64,000 bases of DNA from Curvularia clavata (taxonomy: Eukaryota), in assembly GCA_023920165.1 (NCBI GenBank), contig CP089276.1, positions 558,001-622,000 on the forward strand, read 5' to 3'. How positions within the stretch are numbered: the first letter of the stretch is position 1; every line of letters starts with the position of its first letter. Under the pieces are notes generated by a model. It made no database searches. It worked only from the letters and a program-made list of their open reading frames with translations, and was not told the origin of the DNA. A program made the translations under genes and the position numbers. Below are positions 50,651 through 63,370 of this stretch, one piece after another.

Positions 50651-53600
50651 CTACATGTTATCAAAGTCGAGACCCCAGTCGTCATCGCCGCCTACACCGC
50701 CGCCCATATCCATATTCATGTCCATGCCCATGCCCATGTCGCCCATATCGCCCAGGTCCAAATCTGGCAGATTGCCCAGGCCATTGCTCATGTCGCCGGT
50801 TCCTGCATCACCGTTGCCGATGCCCATGCTAGATAAGTCGAGGCCTTCCGTATTCGCGAGCTCGTCCATGCTGCGCTGAAGTGCCTTGTTGTCCATGTTA
50901 GAAATGTCCTCAACCATGCTTGCAGCTGCTGCGTCATCCATGGCTCGGTTCAGATGGTCGGATATCGATTGCGACTGCATGTCTGCAATGTTGACGCTGG
51001 GTATGTTGATTGGAGGCGCTTGAAGTCCGTTTTCCGCTAGCGACGCAAAATGAGCTTCGACTCGCCTGTGCAGCCGCACAATTGTCTCCGCTGTCAAAGG
51101 GTCTGTCTCGACCAGGCTAGCTGCGTTGTCGAAATCTTGCTTTAGCATCTCCCGAAGGTTCATATGCGTCCGCTGCGGTGCAGGCACTGGTATGGTGCTG
51201 CCTACCCAGTCCACAGAGATAGGACTATCTTCGACAGTTGGTGCGCAGATGATAGATACGCCAACGTCGAGCGCCGCTGCGCCATTACCAGCATCGGTCT
51301 GCGCTTTTACTTCGTCTACAATGGCCCGTAGAGTCCGCGTCGCACCCACTATCTTCAGCGAAGCATACACTTGGCGATGTGTATAGCTCGGTGGGTTCGG
51401 CTGCATCGAAGAAGTCGTGGCCCACTGCGAGAGCTGTTGCACAGTGTGCCGCAACGATGTGTTCAATGTGCTGTTTGGCGCGTTCGTCCATTGGTCGAGT
51501 TCCTTCATGGTGGCGTATATAGTGCGGTCATAATTTGCATGCACTTTGATGGCCTGCATGAACGAATCCAGGTTACTGCGATTAGGTTCTCGCCGCTGCA
51601 GCGTACGGAAGCATTTATCGAGACGGCTTGAGACCATGGCTATGATAGTTGAGTGCATAGCTTGTGCATCCCCGGATGATGGAGTAGAGAGTATTATCTC
51701 GTTGAAGATACGTACGATCGCATCTAAGTCATTGTGGGTCTGAAGCAGGGCATAGGAAGCCATCCAAGTCAAGCCTCCGATCAAGGACGGCATGAGAAAT
51801 GTTTCACCTAGATCTACAAGTACGTTCAGTCTTATTACACAAATACAACAGATTCAAACATGCTTACATTCCAGACCTCCTTTGACAGTCTCGAAAGACA
51901 AGACGCCAAGGGAGCACGCCACTACCGTCTGATGGAACAGCGTTGGTACGATCAAGTAAAAGTCTTGTGGGCGACACGAGGCAAAGACTTCGTTACTTAA
52001 CCCTTCTTTGTCCGAGTCATAGAGACCTTTGAGCCAGCTGCCAAGGTGTTTCCCCTGTTCTTCAGTCAATACATCAGGCGGTATGCTTTGTTGTCCGTGC
52101 CGCAAGAGCTTGGCAATGAATGTATCGTGGCCGATTCCGATATCGTGATAGACTAAATCATAACGGTATATGAATGCCATGATGAGAACAAGTATGGCAC
52201 CGAACTCGTCATATATTGGTTGGGATTCGCCTGTTATCTTTAGAACGCGCACAGATATTCTCAATTGGAAACCCACCTTGATCGCTGTCATAGTGCCAGT
52301 CTTCTAGAAACTGGCACAACGGTCGCAGTATGCTCGCTGGCGAGGTGAACTGAAGCATTACGTCCATCGCTTGTGGCTTTTTGAAGATGAGAGAGGACAG
52401 CTGCTTCAGGTACATGGTTGTTTGCGTCTCGCAAAGATGCGCGATGAACTGTGGCTGGGTTAATGTACTATCCTGCGAAAATGAGGTGATTGGATCATAC
52501 GTCTGTCACTGCAGCAACAATAGCGCCAGCATTTCCATCGAGGTTCTCAAGCTCGTCAATGTAGACGCTGACTTTGTCGAAATTGGACTTGCACTGGCTG
52601 AGCAACTCCTTCCTCTCATACCTTTTTGCAGGCGGTCCCTGCATGGGCGCTTCCCCTAGGAGGCGTTCTACGGTACCCGCTTGAAGAAGACCATGGAGCA
52701 CACAGGCATTGAGAAAGTCTTGTCTGACGTCTGAGAGGGAATTATTGCTTCCCATGATGTCATCAAAGCCTTGTGAGAAAGACGGGAAAGCATGCGGATC
52801 CACGTGACTGAGTGCCTGGGTAATGCACATTTCCACTGTCATTGGGAATATCGAACCGGAAATCTGTGTCAGAAGGGTCGGAATCTTGTTGATCAGGAAT
52901 GATTTCAGGTAAAAGAGAGTCTGAGTCGGTTCACTGCGGTACATGGCATTGGCGAGGATGTCAAAAGCAGCAGTAATCAGATCGGTTGCCATGTTTTGGG
53001 GTTCTAGCTGTGGACTGTCAGAACAGCATGAAGAGATGTCGATTACCACCTACTTTGTAACGCGTGTGCAAGTGGCTGATGATAACAAAATCATCAGTAA
53101 GTGGTCGCGCAACAAGCTTGTGACTGTCAGCAGTGGTCAATTGCAGCAGCGTAACAACATACCAGCGCGCTCAAGAAAACATAGAGACCGGCTCGAGTGT
53201 TTGCTTGTGGCAGCTCCATGACTGCATCGAGCTGCAGTGCAGCAACTTCAAGGCCAGCGCTATCGTTCCCCTCGCCGTTGACGTTGGGGAGCTTCTCGTA
53301 CAAGTCGTGTTGTTTTTGGGAGATTTCTAGTCTATTCGCTAAGGATAGCGATGTCTGCGACCCTGCCGAGTTGTTTGAAAGAAATGGAATAAATGATGAG
53401 AGTGCCTTGGAAACCTCCTTTCGTAATTCTGATCAACTGTAAGTAATGCTATTGTGCACATGGGGGATGGTATGGAAGCACGTCCTACCTTTGACGGTTG
53501 GATGGTTCAAGATGCGAAGGATTTTTGAGTTTTCAATGACACCAACTACTAGCATGGCGAGACCCTCCCGTACGTTGATGGACTGCTGCTGTGGTTGCTG

Positions 53601-54098
53601 TATGCCAGCCATGGCTTGAATCATGGTATCGCTAGTGTGCGATGTCACCATTGCCTGAATCCATAGTGCTACAATAGCGAGGGTTTGCACGCCCTCAACA
53701 TTATTGACAGGTCGTTCCTCTGAAGCAAAAGCCTTGTGCAAGCGATGGAAGATAAGTTCTTCCAATTCTGGTGGATTGCTCCACAGCGCATCTTTGCCGG
53801 GTTTCCCTTCGGTCTTGACCGGTAGTCGAACCTTTGAGTATAGAAGGGCGACAGTCAAAACATCATATGCATTAAGCTTCTGCAAGCCCAGCAGTTGCTC
53901 GAGGTAGACTACAGTCCGTGGGTCGATGATGCTGGTTTCTGGAACGCGCGGGCGAAGCAGCAGGGCGGCGAGTTTCCGGCCTGGCAGTGGAGACTTGGCG
54001 TGTAGCTGCGCGACCGCGGTAACGAAGACGTTAGAATTGACGCGGCGCTCCAGACAGCGATCCAAAAAGACAGACCATTCTTTGACCATGGAATCCAT
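50651..54098 (-). CDS. MED5: Mediator subunit Med5 (Nut1); ~6 introns
   Basis: EWSVFLDRCLERRV, NTRAGLYVFL, LITAAFDILANA, KSFLINKIP, QPIYDEFGAIL, CRPQDFYLIVPTLF, PPSYTHR. Confidence 0.9.
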
Positions 54099-54846
54099 GG
54101 CTCCAACGGGTGTCTTGGAAATAATGTTGAACGGAGAGGGGAGAAGAGAAGGGAGCTGCGCTGGTAGGGAACAAAGATGGCCGGGAACGAGCACTGGCCG
54201 AAACTTCTTGGCAGGCACCAGCGCGCGCAATGCAAGTGCCTCTCGCAGCCAGTCATTTACGTGCAAAGTAACCAAGTGTATCCTTTGCAATCGCCCATTC
54301 TGGATTCCTTTGGAGAGACTTTGCTAGACCTGGCGCTGGTACAGCATGGAAACTGCAGACAAAACCCGTCTGCTTCTACTGCCGGTGCTTCCATTGCCTT
54401 TGTGACAACCGGAATCTGTCCAGACCTGGTTCAGTTTATCAAAAATCGGGGGTAAATTGCTGTAGGCCTGCGACTATATCACTGCCTATCTTACTGCAAG
54501 CTCTTGCATCGAGCAGCTTGGGCGTTTCAGTCATTGTAATGGCGGCTATGAGAGGAGCATACATTCGAAGTATGAGAATTGATGGTTCACCCAAGTCAGA
54601 TGGTGTGTGGTCAAGTGTACCGAGGTAGGGGAACGAGTACCTACAGCCAAGGCGGGGTGTACTTGCCGTATGCACGTAGCTCGGAAAGCTACCTAATACC
54701 GCCCCACCTATTACACACCCGATGTCAGCATGTCTGTCTCTTTTGGCCTCTTCACACCCCTCTCATACTCCAAAGATACCTCAGTTACGGTCATTTACCT
54801 ACCCTAGTTGCAAGGCAGAACTGGAACACCCAACCAGTACTACAAC

Positions 54847-55922
54847 ATGCCTTACGACCTCAAGAATCGTAATGTCCTTATTACCGGTGGATCAGCGTGA
54901 GTAACGAACACACCCCCGATGGTGCCTCGCAATGATGAGACTGGGCTTCGCGAATGAACACTGCTAACATTCACACAGCGGTCTAGGGGCAGCACTCTGC
55001 CAGGCTTTTGCAAAGGAAGGCGCTAACATTGCTATCAACTACTTCAATCGTCTTGAGCCTGCCCAGAATTTGCAAAAGAAATGTGAAGAGTTGGGAGTCA
55101 AAGTTGTGGTCATCAAGGCGGTAGGGTTTCTCAGTCCTAAAGGGCAAGGACGGGACTAAAGGCAATAGGATATGACGTCGACCTCAGACGCAAGACGAGC
55201 AGTTCAAGAAACCATCAAGGAGTTGGGCGGTCTTGATCTGATCATTGCCAACGCTGTATGCATATCCTGAATTCTTCACGTTTCTAGCGAAAGAAGCAAG
55301 TTGGCTAACTGGCATGCAGGGCTGGACACGCTTTGCAGACTGGAAAGACCTCGACTCCATGTCCGAGGAAGAATGGGACAAATGCTGGAGTGCAAACGTC
55401 AAAGTACCAAAGGCTTTGCTCTCAGAGGCAAAGGCCACATTTGAGGCCAACTCTGAAGGCGGACACATGATCACGACAGGAAGTATTGCTGTATGCCGTT
55501 CATGCACTTGACCGGGTGGTAGACAGTTACTAACAGTCACCACAGGGTGTTAGCCAGGGAGGTAGCAGCATGCCCTATTCCGTTACAAAAGCAGCACAGT
55601 GGCAACTCGTCAAGTGTCTTGCTACCACAGTTGGACCAACGATACGCGTGAACACCGTCCTCCCCGGCCTTCTACTAACTGAATGGGTACGAAACACCAT
55701 TCGCTGCCAAGGCAGTAGTCGCTCACTTCTCCATGCTAACTATATCCTTAGGGGCTCAAGTACTCGGAGGAGCGCATCACATCGCTCAAGTCAGCTGCAG
55801 CTCTGAAGCATGAGGTATTCATGGACGACTGTGTGGCTGCCTTCGTGATGTTGGCAAAGAATACTAGCATGACTGGCATGCGGATTCAAGTGGATGCCGG
55901 GCTCAACATACAAGGTGCTTGA
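54847..55922 (+). CDS. Short-chain dehydrogenase/reductase; 5 introns
   Basis: VLITGGSAGLG, IIANAGW, PYSVTKAA (YxxxK), RVNTVLPG, MTGMRIQVDAG. Confidence 0.88.
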
Positions 55923-56260
55923 TCGCTTTTGTTGCATATTGTATTTGTCACAGTGAATCTGTCTGGCCCTTCAGCAGAATCTCCAGGGATTACATTTTGC
56001 TCCGACAGTATTGTATGTATGTAGATAAGATGCATTCCGAACACGTGCTCATATCCAGTCATGGCAGCAGTGATTCGGAACGGCGTCGGAAAGCAAGACC
56101 TCGGTCGTAGAAGAGGCCCGTCAGCCCCCACCACGCTAGGTAACCGCGCTGCTGGGTCCACATCAACTCCCCGCGTCAGACCTCCGCATCTCCGCCAATC
56201 CCGCTGAAACTACCGACTAGAGCCATGATTCTAGAAACACTGTAGCCCGATTGTCTCGCC

Positions 56261-57544
56261 ATGTCCAACCCCTTCTCGCCCGTCGTGAAAGCGTCTCCGC
56301 GTCTGTCGCGGCCATGTGTGCAATGCGGTTACCACATCAACACCTGGTCCTCCACCTCACGGCGTTGGATAAGCAGCGTACGAGATGCGTCAACAAAGCG
56401 ACCAAAGACTGCCATTTTCTTTCCTGGTAAGCTTGCCGCCTTTGTGAAATAGCCAGGCAGCTCAGTATGCTGACTGAAGCCAGGTCAGGGTGTCCAGCGG
56501 GTAGGCATGTGCACGCCATGGCTGGAAGCTTTCCCCAGCACCGCCAAACCCATTCTCGAGGAAATCGACGAAACCCTCAAGCTTCCTCTCACAAGAATCA
56601 TAGATTCAGGCACCAATGCTGAGCTTACCAAGACCGAGAACGCGCAGCCCGCCATCATGGCTACTTCGATTCTTATACTGCGTATACTCGAGAAGGAGTT
56701 CGGTTTCAGCACCGGCAAGCGCGTCGACATCACACTTGGTCATTCGCTCGGAGAGTTCGCGGCGCTGGTGGCTGGCGGCTACCTCACCTTTGGAGATGCG
56801 CTGAAAATGGTGCGCAAACGAGCCGAGGTCATGGCAAGATGCAGCCAAGAGGCCGTGGCAGAAGAAGGCGGCGAGTTTGGCATGGTTGCTTTAGTATGCG
56901 AGTCGGAAGAGCATATGCAAGCGCTTATCAACGGCATACACGAGTTTCTAGCCCTCGGCTCCAAAGCAGACTCCCACGATCACCTTCCAGCCGTCCAACA
57001 AGTCGCCATTGCCAATCTCAACTCAAAGAATCAGATTGTGTTGAGCGGAAACATTACACGCATAAACACGCTATTGACCAATCTCCGTCAATTCGGCGGC
57101 CATGATCCACGACATGTACGACTGAAATCTGACGCTCCGTTCCACAGTGCTCTTATGAAGCCTGCCCAAGAGACCATGAAGCAGATCCTACACAAGGAGA
57201 CAGACGACGGGCGCGATATAGTGACTTGGCCGGGCCTACTACCATGTATATCCAACGTCTCCGGTAAGCCATTCACCGACAAGGAACAGCTGAAGGACTT
57301 GCTTGCCCGTAGCTGTGTGGAAACTGTGCAGTGGTGGAAGAGCGTAAAGTACCTCCACGAGCAAGAAAAGATCAAGCGCTACGTCGGTATTGGGCCTGGC
57401 AAAGTCGGTAGAAATCTAGTTGGCAAGGAGGTGGGCATGAAGGGGTCAGTCAAGGGTGGGGGCGTGTGGGGCATTACCAGTCCAAAGGAGATGGAAGAGG
57501 TTGTACGGGCTTTGGACGATACAGAGAACGTGGAAGTGGACTGA
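56261..57544 (+). CDS. MCT1: Mitochondrial malonyl-CoA:ACP transacylase; intron ~56427-56483
   Basis: Presequence, FFPGQGVQ, NAQPAI, GHSLGE, APFHS, GIGPGKV. Confidence 0.92.
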
Positions 57545-57759
57545 TGCGCTCTCCTCTTTTCTTTCCAGGTCATGGACGGAGGATATTATACCCTAATATA
57601 GCGAGTGGTTTCTTTACCCCCTGGGTCGCAAAAGAGAAACTTCTCAAATAATGCAGCTTAATGTAAATATGTTTGTGTGGTCAGTCTTTACCATTGTAAT
57701 TGCCCAATCACATGGTTTCAGGGTGGCTTTTCGCTGCTTGCCATCGCAACATAACGCCA

Positions 57760-59040
57760 TCATTCTACTCTATCAAACTCCCTTTCACACCACTCGCGCT
57801 TCCAGATCCAGAAATGCCCCCCAAAATGGTCATACCTGCCCCCCCAAACACCCACAATTCCAAAGGGCGTCAAGCGACCCACCCACGACCACGACCACCT
57901 ATGCACAATATACTCTTTTGTTAGATGCACAAGGCCGTGCTCTCCAACGTATCCCTGAAGCGAGAACTCTCCATGCAGATCAACGCCTCGCGTTTCCCGC
58001 TCAACAATCAGCGCGACTCTTTCCGTACGCATTGTTTTTTTCAATGGCGCGTGCGCGATGAAGTTAATATCGTGCATTGGTGCATCGAAAAAACGCTCAT
58101 GCAGTCCAGCACGCTGGTCAGAATAAAAGCCCATCCATTCACCCCTCAGAAACTCCGCGTTAACCATCTTCTTGAGGTGCGACTCGTTGAACGGCATATT
58201 TGCACCGTCCTGGAATACAGTGGGCATGTCGAGCATGGATGAAAAGGGGATTTTGCTTGGCACTGGGAGCCTATCTAGCACTCGGGAGCTGGGCTCGACA
58301 GTGGCGAGCTCGAGGATCAAGGCCGGAAGCAGCGGAGCGGCCTGGGTGGCGTAGAAATATTCCATAAACTGTCCGTAGTTGGGGACAAGTTGGCGTAAGC
58401 TATCAATACTGTCCCCATCCGGCCGGCGCCTGTCTACAGTCGTGTTTAGGGGGTCTTTAGAGCGGTTTTCGGCGAAGAAGTGGTCAAAGGATTCTTTGAT
58501 TGAATTGGGGCTCACTTGGCACTGTATTTGGTGCAGAAGCAGATAGCTTATGATGAAATTGACGGTGAAGAAGTCTCCTTTAGGCACGGTGCTTTTGCTG
58601 CGTGGGTGCGATCCGCTTTGCACCTCAAGAAACATCTCGGGCTTTATTTGTAGCACGGCAGAATGCTGCAGTACTAGTATTTGAGGCAGCCAATTGCTCA
58701 GATCTAAGGACACTGATCGTTTTGACATCTTCAGGGTCCAAGAATTGTCTTTGGCGAGTGCAGCTTCAACGCCTTTTTCTGCGGCATATGCTATACGGAC
58801 TAGCTCGTCGAGGGAACCAGATGCTAGGATGGATTCCCTTTCTGACCATGGCAAACGATCGGAGATGCCCACGGGGGAGTGGCCCAAATCACGTCGGGCT
58901 ATATTCTGAAAAACTAGACGATCATTGCAAGCTTTGCGTAGCTGGTGGTTGACACGCAGCAAATTCAGGACCGAGGAGCAGGTTGAAACAGTCGCAATTT
59001 GCCGCAGGAGTTCAACTGAGAGCGATAGTAGGTCTGCCAT
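57760..59040 (-). CDS. F-box-like hypothetical protein (intronless)
   Basis: MADLLSLSVELLRQIA..LLRVNHQLRKAC F-box-like start; C-terminal GEWMGFYS..GVDLHGEFSLQG..LTPFGIVGVWG..GHFWIWK domain. Confidence 0.72.
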   Translation of the reverse strand: MADLLSLSVELLRQIATVSTCSSVLNLLRVNHQLRKACNDRLVFQNIARRDLGHSPVGISDRLPWSERESILASGSLDELVRIAYAAEKGVEAALAKDNSWTLKMSKRSVSLDLSNWLPQILVLQHSAVLQIKPEMFLEVQSGSHPRSKSTVPKGDFFTVNFIISYLLLHQIQCQVSPNSIKESFDHFFAENRSKDPLNTTVDRRRPDGDSIDSLRQLVPNYGQFMEYFYATQAAPLLPALILELATVEPSSRVLDRLPVPSKIPFSSMLDMPTVFQDGANMPFNESHLKKMVNAEFLRGEWMGFYSDQRAGLHERFFDAPMHDINFIAHAPLKKTMRTERVALIVERETRGVDLHGEFSLQGYVGEHGLVHLTKEYIVHRWSWSWVGRLTPFGIVGVWGGRYDHFGGHFWIWKREWCEREFDRVE

Positions 59041-59647
59041 ACTGTGGGCTGGATTGGTGGACTGTTGAGCTGTAACTGAGTTACTAGGTTTTATTTCTGC
59101 GGGGGACAGCCTAGTCTTATACTGGGATCCGGCCCGCGTGACGATATCAGGCAACCATTAATAGTACTCCTTAAGCCAAAAAAAAGCCAAGAAGAAATAC
59201 AGAGCTGTATTCAGAAAAGGCTTGGAGATAATATAGCTCTTAAGAATTAGTCTAGTTTGAAATTGAATACGATATACTACATTATAGTTGAGTTGTGCTT
59301 GAGTTGTGGTTGCGTTGTACGGTTGTGAGCTTCTGGTCAGCGTTTGGTGTTAATTGCCCAGTGGATGATACTCAGTAAGGAGCGTTTGCACACCAACCAC
59401 GGCGCGTGTCTCATGCAAAATCGTACGTAGGTTTCTTATGCGAAAACACTTCAGGATCACTGCACTAATAGCAACTAAAAGTGTTGGTAACTTCACGTGT
59501 CAAAACAGTTGTTCGATGTGTGACTCTGAGCCCCCTATATCTGGAATCACACTGCTGCTCCTTGATGATTCTTTATCAGACTTCCATCCTATAGCGCTTC
59601 ATTTCTAATCGTGTACATGTTCTCTACACCGACATCTAGATGCAGTT

Positions 59648-61262
59648 TTACCGGCATACGAACGACGTTGCCTCATTTGGGTTTCCGCCAACATATACCA
59701 ATTGCTTCGGCCACATGCAAATATTCGCCTTTCCTCCTTCCAGTTTCTCCGCCGAGAGTGTCTCCGGAGCTACACCGTTCTCTACCCAGTTAACAAGAGC
59801 TTTCAACCCCTCTCCAGGATACCACCCCTGTCCGCCCCCGCAGTGATTCACGCCTGGCGCCTCAAAGAACCGATAATAATCGCTCGCGTTTGAGTCCCGT
59901 CCATATACTTCCTTCACATAATGGATTGTCGCGTCAGGCGCAACGAACTGATCAGCAAGTCCCTGCCAATTAATCAATTTCCCACCTGCCTTCCGGAAGC
60001 CGTCGAGATTCGGGTCTGAGGTCCCAATGATGGAGTCATAGTAGTTGACAGACTTGTGGAAAAGCTCTTCGAAGTATGTCGTGTTAATCTGTGAAGTGTC
60101 GAACTCAGGGTCGAGGGTAAGGAAATCTTTGATCCAGATCTCGGGTAAGAAGAAAGGAACACCGACGCATGTGCCGTTGTTACATGTCGTGTTGGCAAGC
60201 CCATTGAAAGGAGCGCCGATGTTGTCAGGGTACCATAGAAAGTCGCCTTCGGAGGTCGTAGCACCCTGCCAGATCAGCTTGGCTACCGTAGCTACAGTCT
60301 CTGTAATCGTTGTGCTCTGGTTCGAGGTGGGACAGATGTATTGCTTTCCAATAGCAGTTGCAGGATCAAAAGAGCATTTCCTGGAAAGAGAAATGATTCC
60401 ATCCTCCAGGCCGTCGAGTTTGTCGCAAGCCTGGATGGCAGCCGCGTTAATGGCTTCGAGCTCACATGGAGTGGGAAAACCTGAAAAGCATTAATGTATT
60501 TTCCAACCTTTGTGTAAGACGACTCGTACCATTTTCATTCATGACCACTTGTGGCCAAAAGAGCTGCAGCATCAATTGGCTCCAATAGATTGCTGGTGCA
60601 GCGGCCAGAATGCCATCGTATTGATCGGGATATCTCTGCGCTAGCATGTGTCCTTGCCTTCCACCAGTCGAGCAGCCATTCCAATAGCTATAACTCGGCG
60701 CTTTGCCATAATATGCTGTCGTAACCGCTTTGCCTAGCGTGGCAGCATCATTCAACGCAATTGAAGAGAAATCTTGCAGCAAGATCCAGTTGATGTTTCC
60801 TGGGCTCACTTGGGACCACTCGATGTCTCCGCCAGTATGTCCGCCATCGGTTGCAACAACTGAGAAGCCCTCGCTGGCTGCCCAGGGAAGCGTAGTATTA
60901 GTGTCTGGTCCTGTAGACCACCCACTGCCTCCAGCACCGAGGAACCGTCCAGTCCACTTCTCAGGGGTGGGCAGCCAAACTGAGGTATTTATGGTGTCAT
61001 TGTAGCCAGGATGGGTATAAGTTATCTTTACTTCGCAGGCCTCGAGATCTGTCACATTTACCGAGTAGTGGTTGGCTTCCGCGGGGGCTTCGAACGAGAG
61101 GCCTGTATGAAGCTGTGTGACGATGTTCAGGATTTTCCCATTCGAAAGCTTAACACCTTGGAAAGCGGAAGATTCGCAGTTCGCTGCACTGGCAACCAAG
61201 TCGATCAAGAGAGCCAGTGCAGCTAGCAGCGAAGCAAGATGTCCTCCACGTGCAAAAGCCAT
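59648..61262 (-). CDS. Secreted tannase/feruloyl esterase; intron ~60482-60529
   Basis: Signal peptide, GCSTGGRQG nucleophile motif, WQGLADQ (Asp), PGVNHCGGG (His). Exon 2 is open throughout. Confidence 0.93.
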
Positions 61263-62267
61263 GGTCGAGGAAAGTGTCTTCCCAGTGGATTAAATATTGA
61301 CCTGAAGTAGACAATGGTATTTTGAAGGTAAATCATTCATCCTTCTTATACCAAATTCTATCTTTCTGATTGAACAGGTTCACGTAGCGTGATTGGGTCA
61401 ACATGCTGACCAAGCCTGGATTGGCGCTCTGTAAATCTAGCAGTACCTATGTTTTAATGAGCTGGATGCCTTATAATTTAGCTTTTTCCTAATAGAGCTA
61501 TGGGAATTCGATATCTAGACAACATTCACGCTATGTTGGAGTAATGTCGAGCTACTAGGATCCTTGCCGTGTCTAAGGCGACATCATGCTTACTCAACCT
61601 GCACGTGGGTTTCGCATCCTATTAGTGGCGCTTTGAGCGCATCAAAGCCTTCTCAACAACACATGAGTAATCACCTTATCCGTTACGCGAGTACTTCTGG
61701 TAGCAATCCGCGGTTTTCTTTGTTTGAATGATATTCCTCGCCTGGCTTGGCCCGCTCCTATTGGACTACCGTATTTGTTCTCTCAACTTTGGATCCTTTA
61801 GTAGTCATCTTCGCATGAACTCCTGTAGCTCACTTTTCTTTGCTTTAGTACTTGTTTTACCCAGTTTTGCGTATACGTATTGCTGTTAGAACAACTGGCC
61901 GTAATAGAGAACTACGACTAAGTATTGATTTAGAGTAGATACGCTATACTCTTTCTGTCCGGTCTGCTCCTGTTAGGGCTCATTCGTCCAACATATTCTA
62001 TCGGAACAAGTCTATATACTCGTAGTAACCAGTTGTTTGACAATTTAGAACAGAGTAAAAAGTCGATAGATCTTGCAATGGAAGGTATCTTGTTGTTACC
62101 CCTCACCACTATGTGGGGCTTCAGTTACCCCAAGACCACCCCCGCATCAGACATCTACAACAGTCCCCACTTGGAAGCTTGATTAAAGCAGTCAAATAAC
62201 TAGTTTGCTTCCTAGTACAACCAGGTCAATCTCTATACAGTATCTTGAATATATAACAAAAACCACT

Positions 62268-63370
62268 ATGGATCCAGCACAATTTGGCATAAGCACACTT
62301 GAGATGCGCCATGCGCCTTACGGACCTATTCTTCCTGAAGCACTCGAAGGTTCCAATAAAGATAAAGTCGCCCTCATAACGGGTGCAGGCCAGGGCATCG
62401 GCGCAGCCATTTCCGAAGCTTTGGCGAAATCAGGAGCTAGTATAGCTATTTTGGACATCAATGTCGACCGTTTAGAGCAAACGAAGAAAACATGTCTAGC
62501 CTTCGGCGGCAAGGTAGAGGCATTCGGATGCGATGTGCGGGATCAAGAGAAAATCACTGAAGTTTTGGCGAAGGTGCTGAATCAATTAGGGCCAATCGAT
62601 GTGTTGGTGAATAATGCGGGGATATTCGATCAACGGCCGTTTATGATGAGTAGTTTTGAGGGATTCTGGAAACAAATTGAAGTCAACTTTAAAGCCGTAA
62701 GCTACCTTTAACTTGATTGAGAAGAAGACACGCAGACTAATTTTACTGCTAGCCCTTGATGCTCATCCACGCGATTCTACCTCAGATGCGCGACCGTGGG
62801 CATGGCTGCATCATCAATATCGCCTCTCGTTCCGGAACAGTCGATGTACCCATGACGCTTGGCTATGTGAGTTCTAAAGCAGCGCTGATTCGTGCAACGC
62901 ATACGCTGCAGAAGGAAATGGGGCTCGATGGGCTGGATCCTGCGATTCACATGTACGCGCTCCACCCGGGTGGTGTGCGTGGCAATATGGGTGGAGGTAA
63001 GTTGATGTGACATACCTGCGATACAAAGCAAAAGGATGCTAATACAGCGAAGCCGGCGCAGCAGAAGACGTAAAGAAGAAGTATGGGGATCTCACAGACG
63101 AAGAATTCTACAAGCATCTTTTCAAGGATTCGCCATCGCTTTGCGGCCAGACATGCGCATGGTTAGCCACTGGGCAAGGGAAAGAACTAAGGGGTCTGTT
63201 CCTGGGTAAGCCGCTTCGAGTTTCTCGAGTCAAAATTCAAGGACTGACTGTATTCAGATTGTAGACAAGATGTCTCGAAACTGCTAAGCATTGGGCGTCA
63301 GACTTTGCTCAAGGAAAATCGGAATACGTTGACAGTCAACTTCATTGAAGGCTACTGCAACGAACCATAG
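62268..63370 (+). CDS. Short-chain dehydrogenase/reductase; 3 introns
   Basis: LITGAGQGIG, LVNNAG, GYVSSKAA (YxxxK), LHPGGV, LRGLFLDCRQD; ends GYCNEP. Confidence 0.88.

Noticed and set aside
53433..54290. N-terminal extensions of ORFs for MED5 (also MVD1, the 49079 ORF and the 59154 ORF) from TTG/GTG starts
   Set aside because: Bacterial-style start calls. A downstream ATG in good context gives a plausible N-terminus in each case.
59648..60481. Apparent break in the tannase gene in the ORF track
   Set aside because: Manual translation shows exon 2 is continuous; the ORF caller lacked a start codon. Not a pseudogene.
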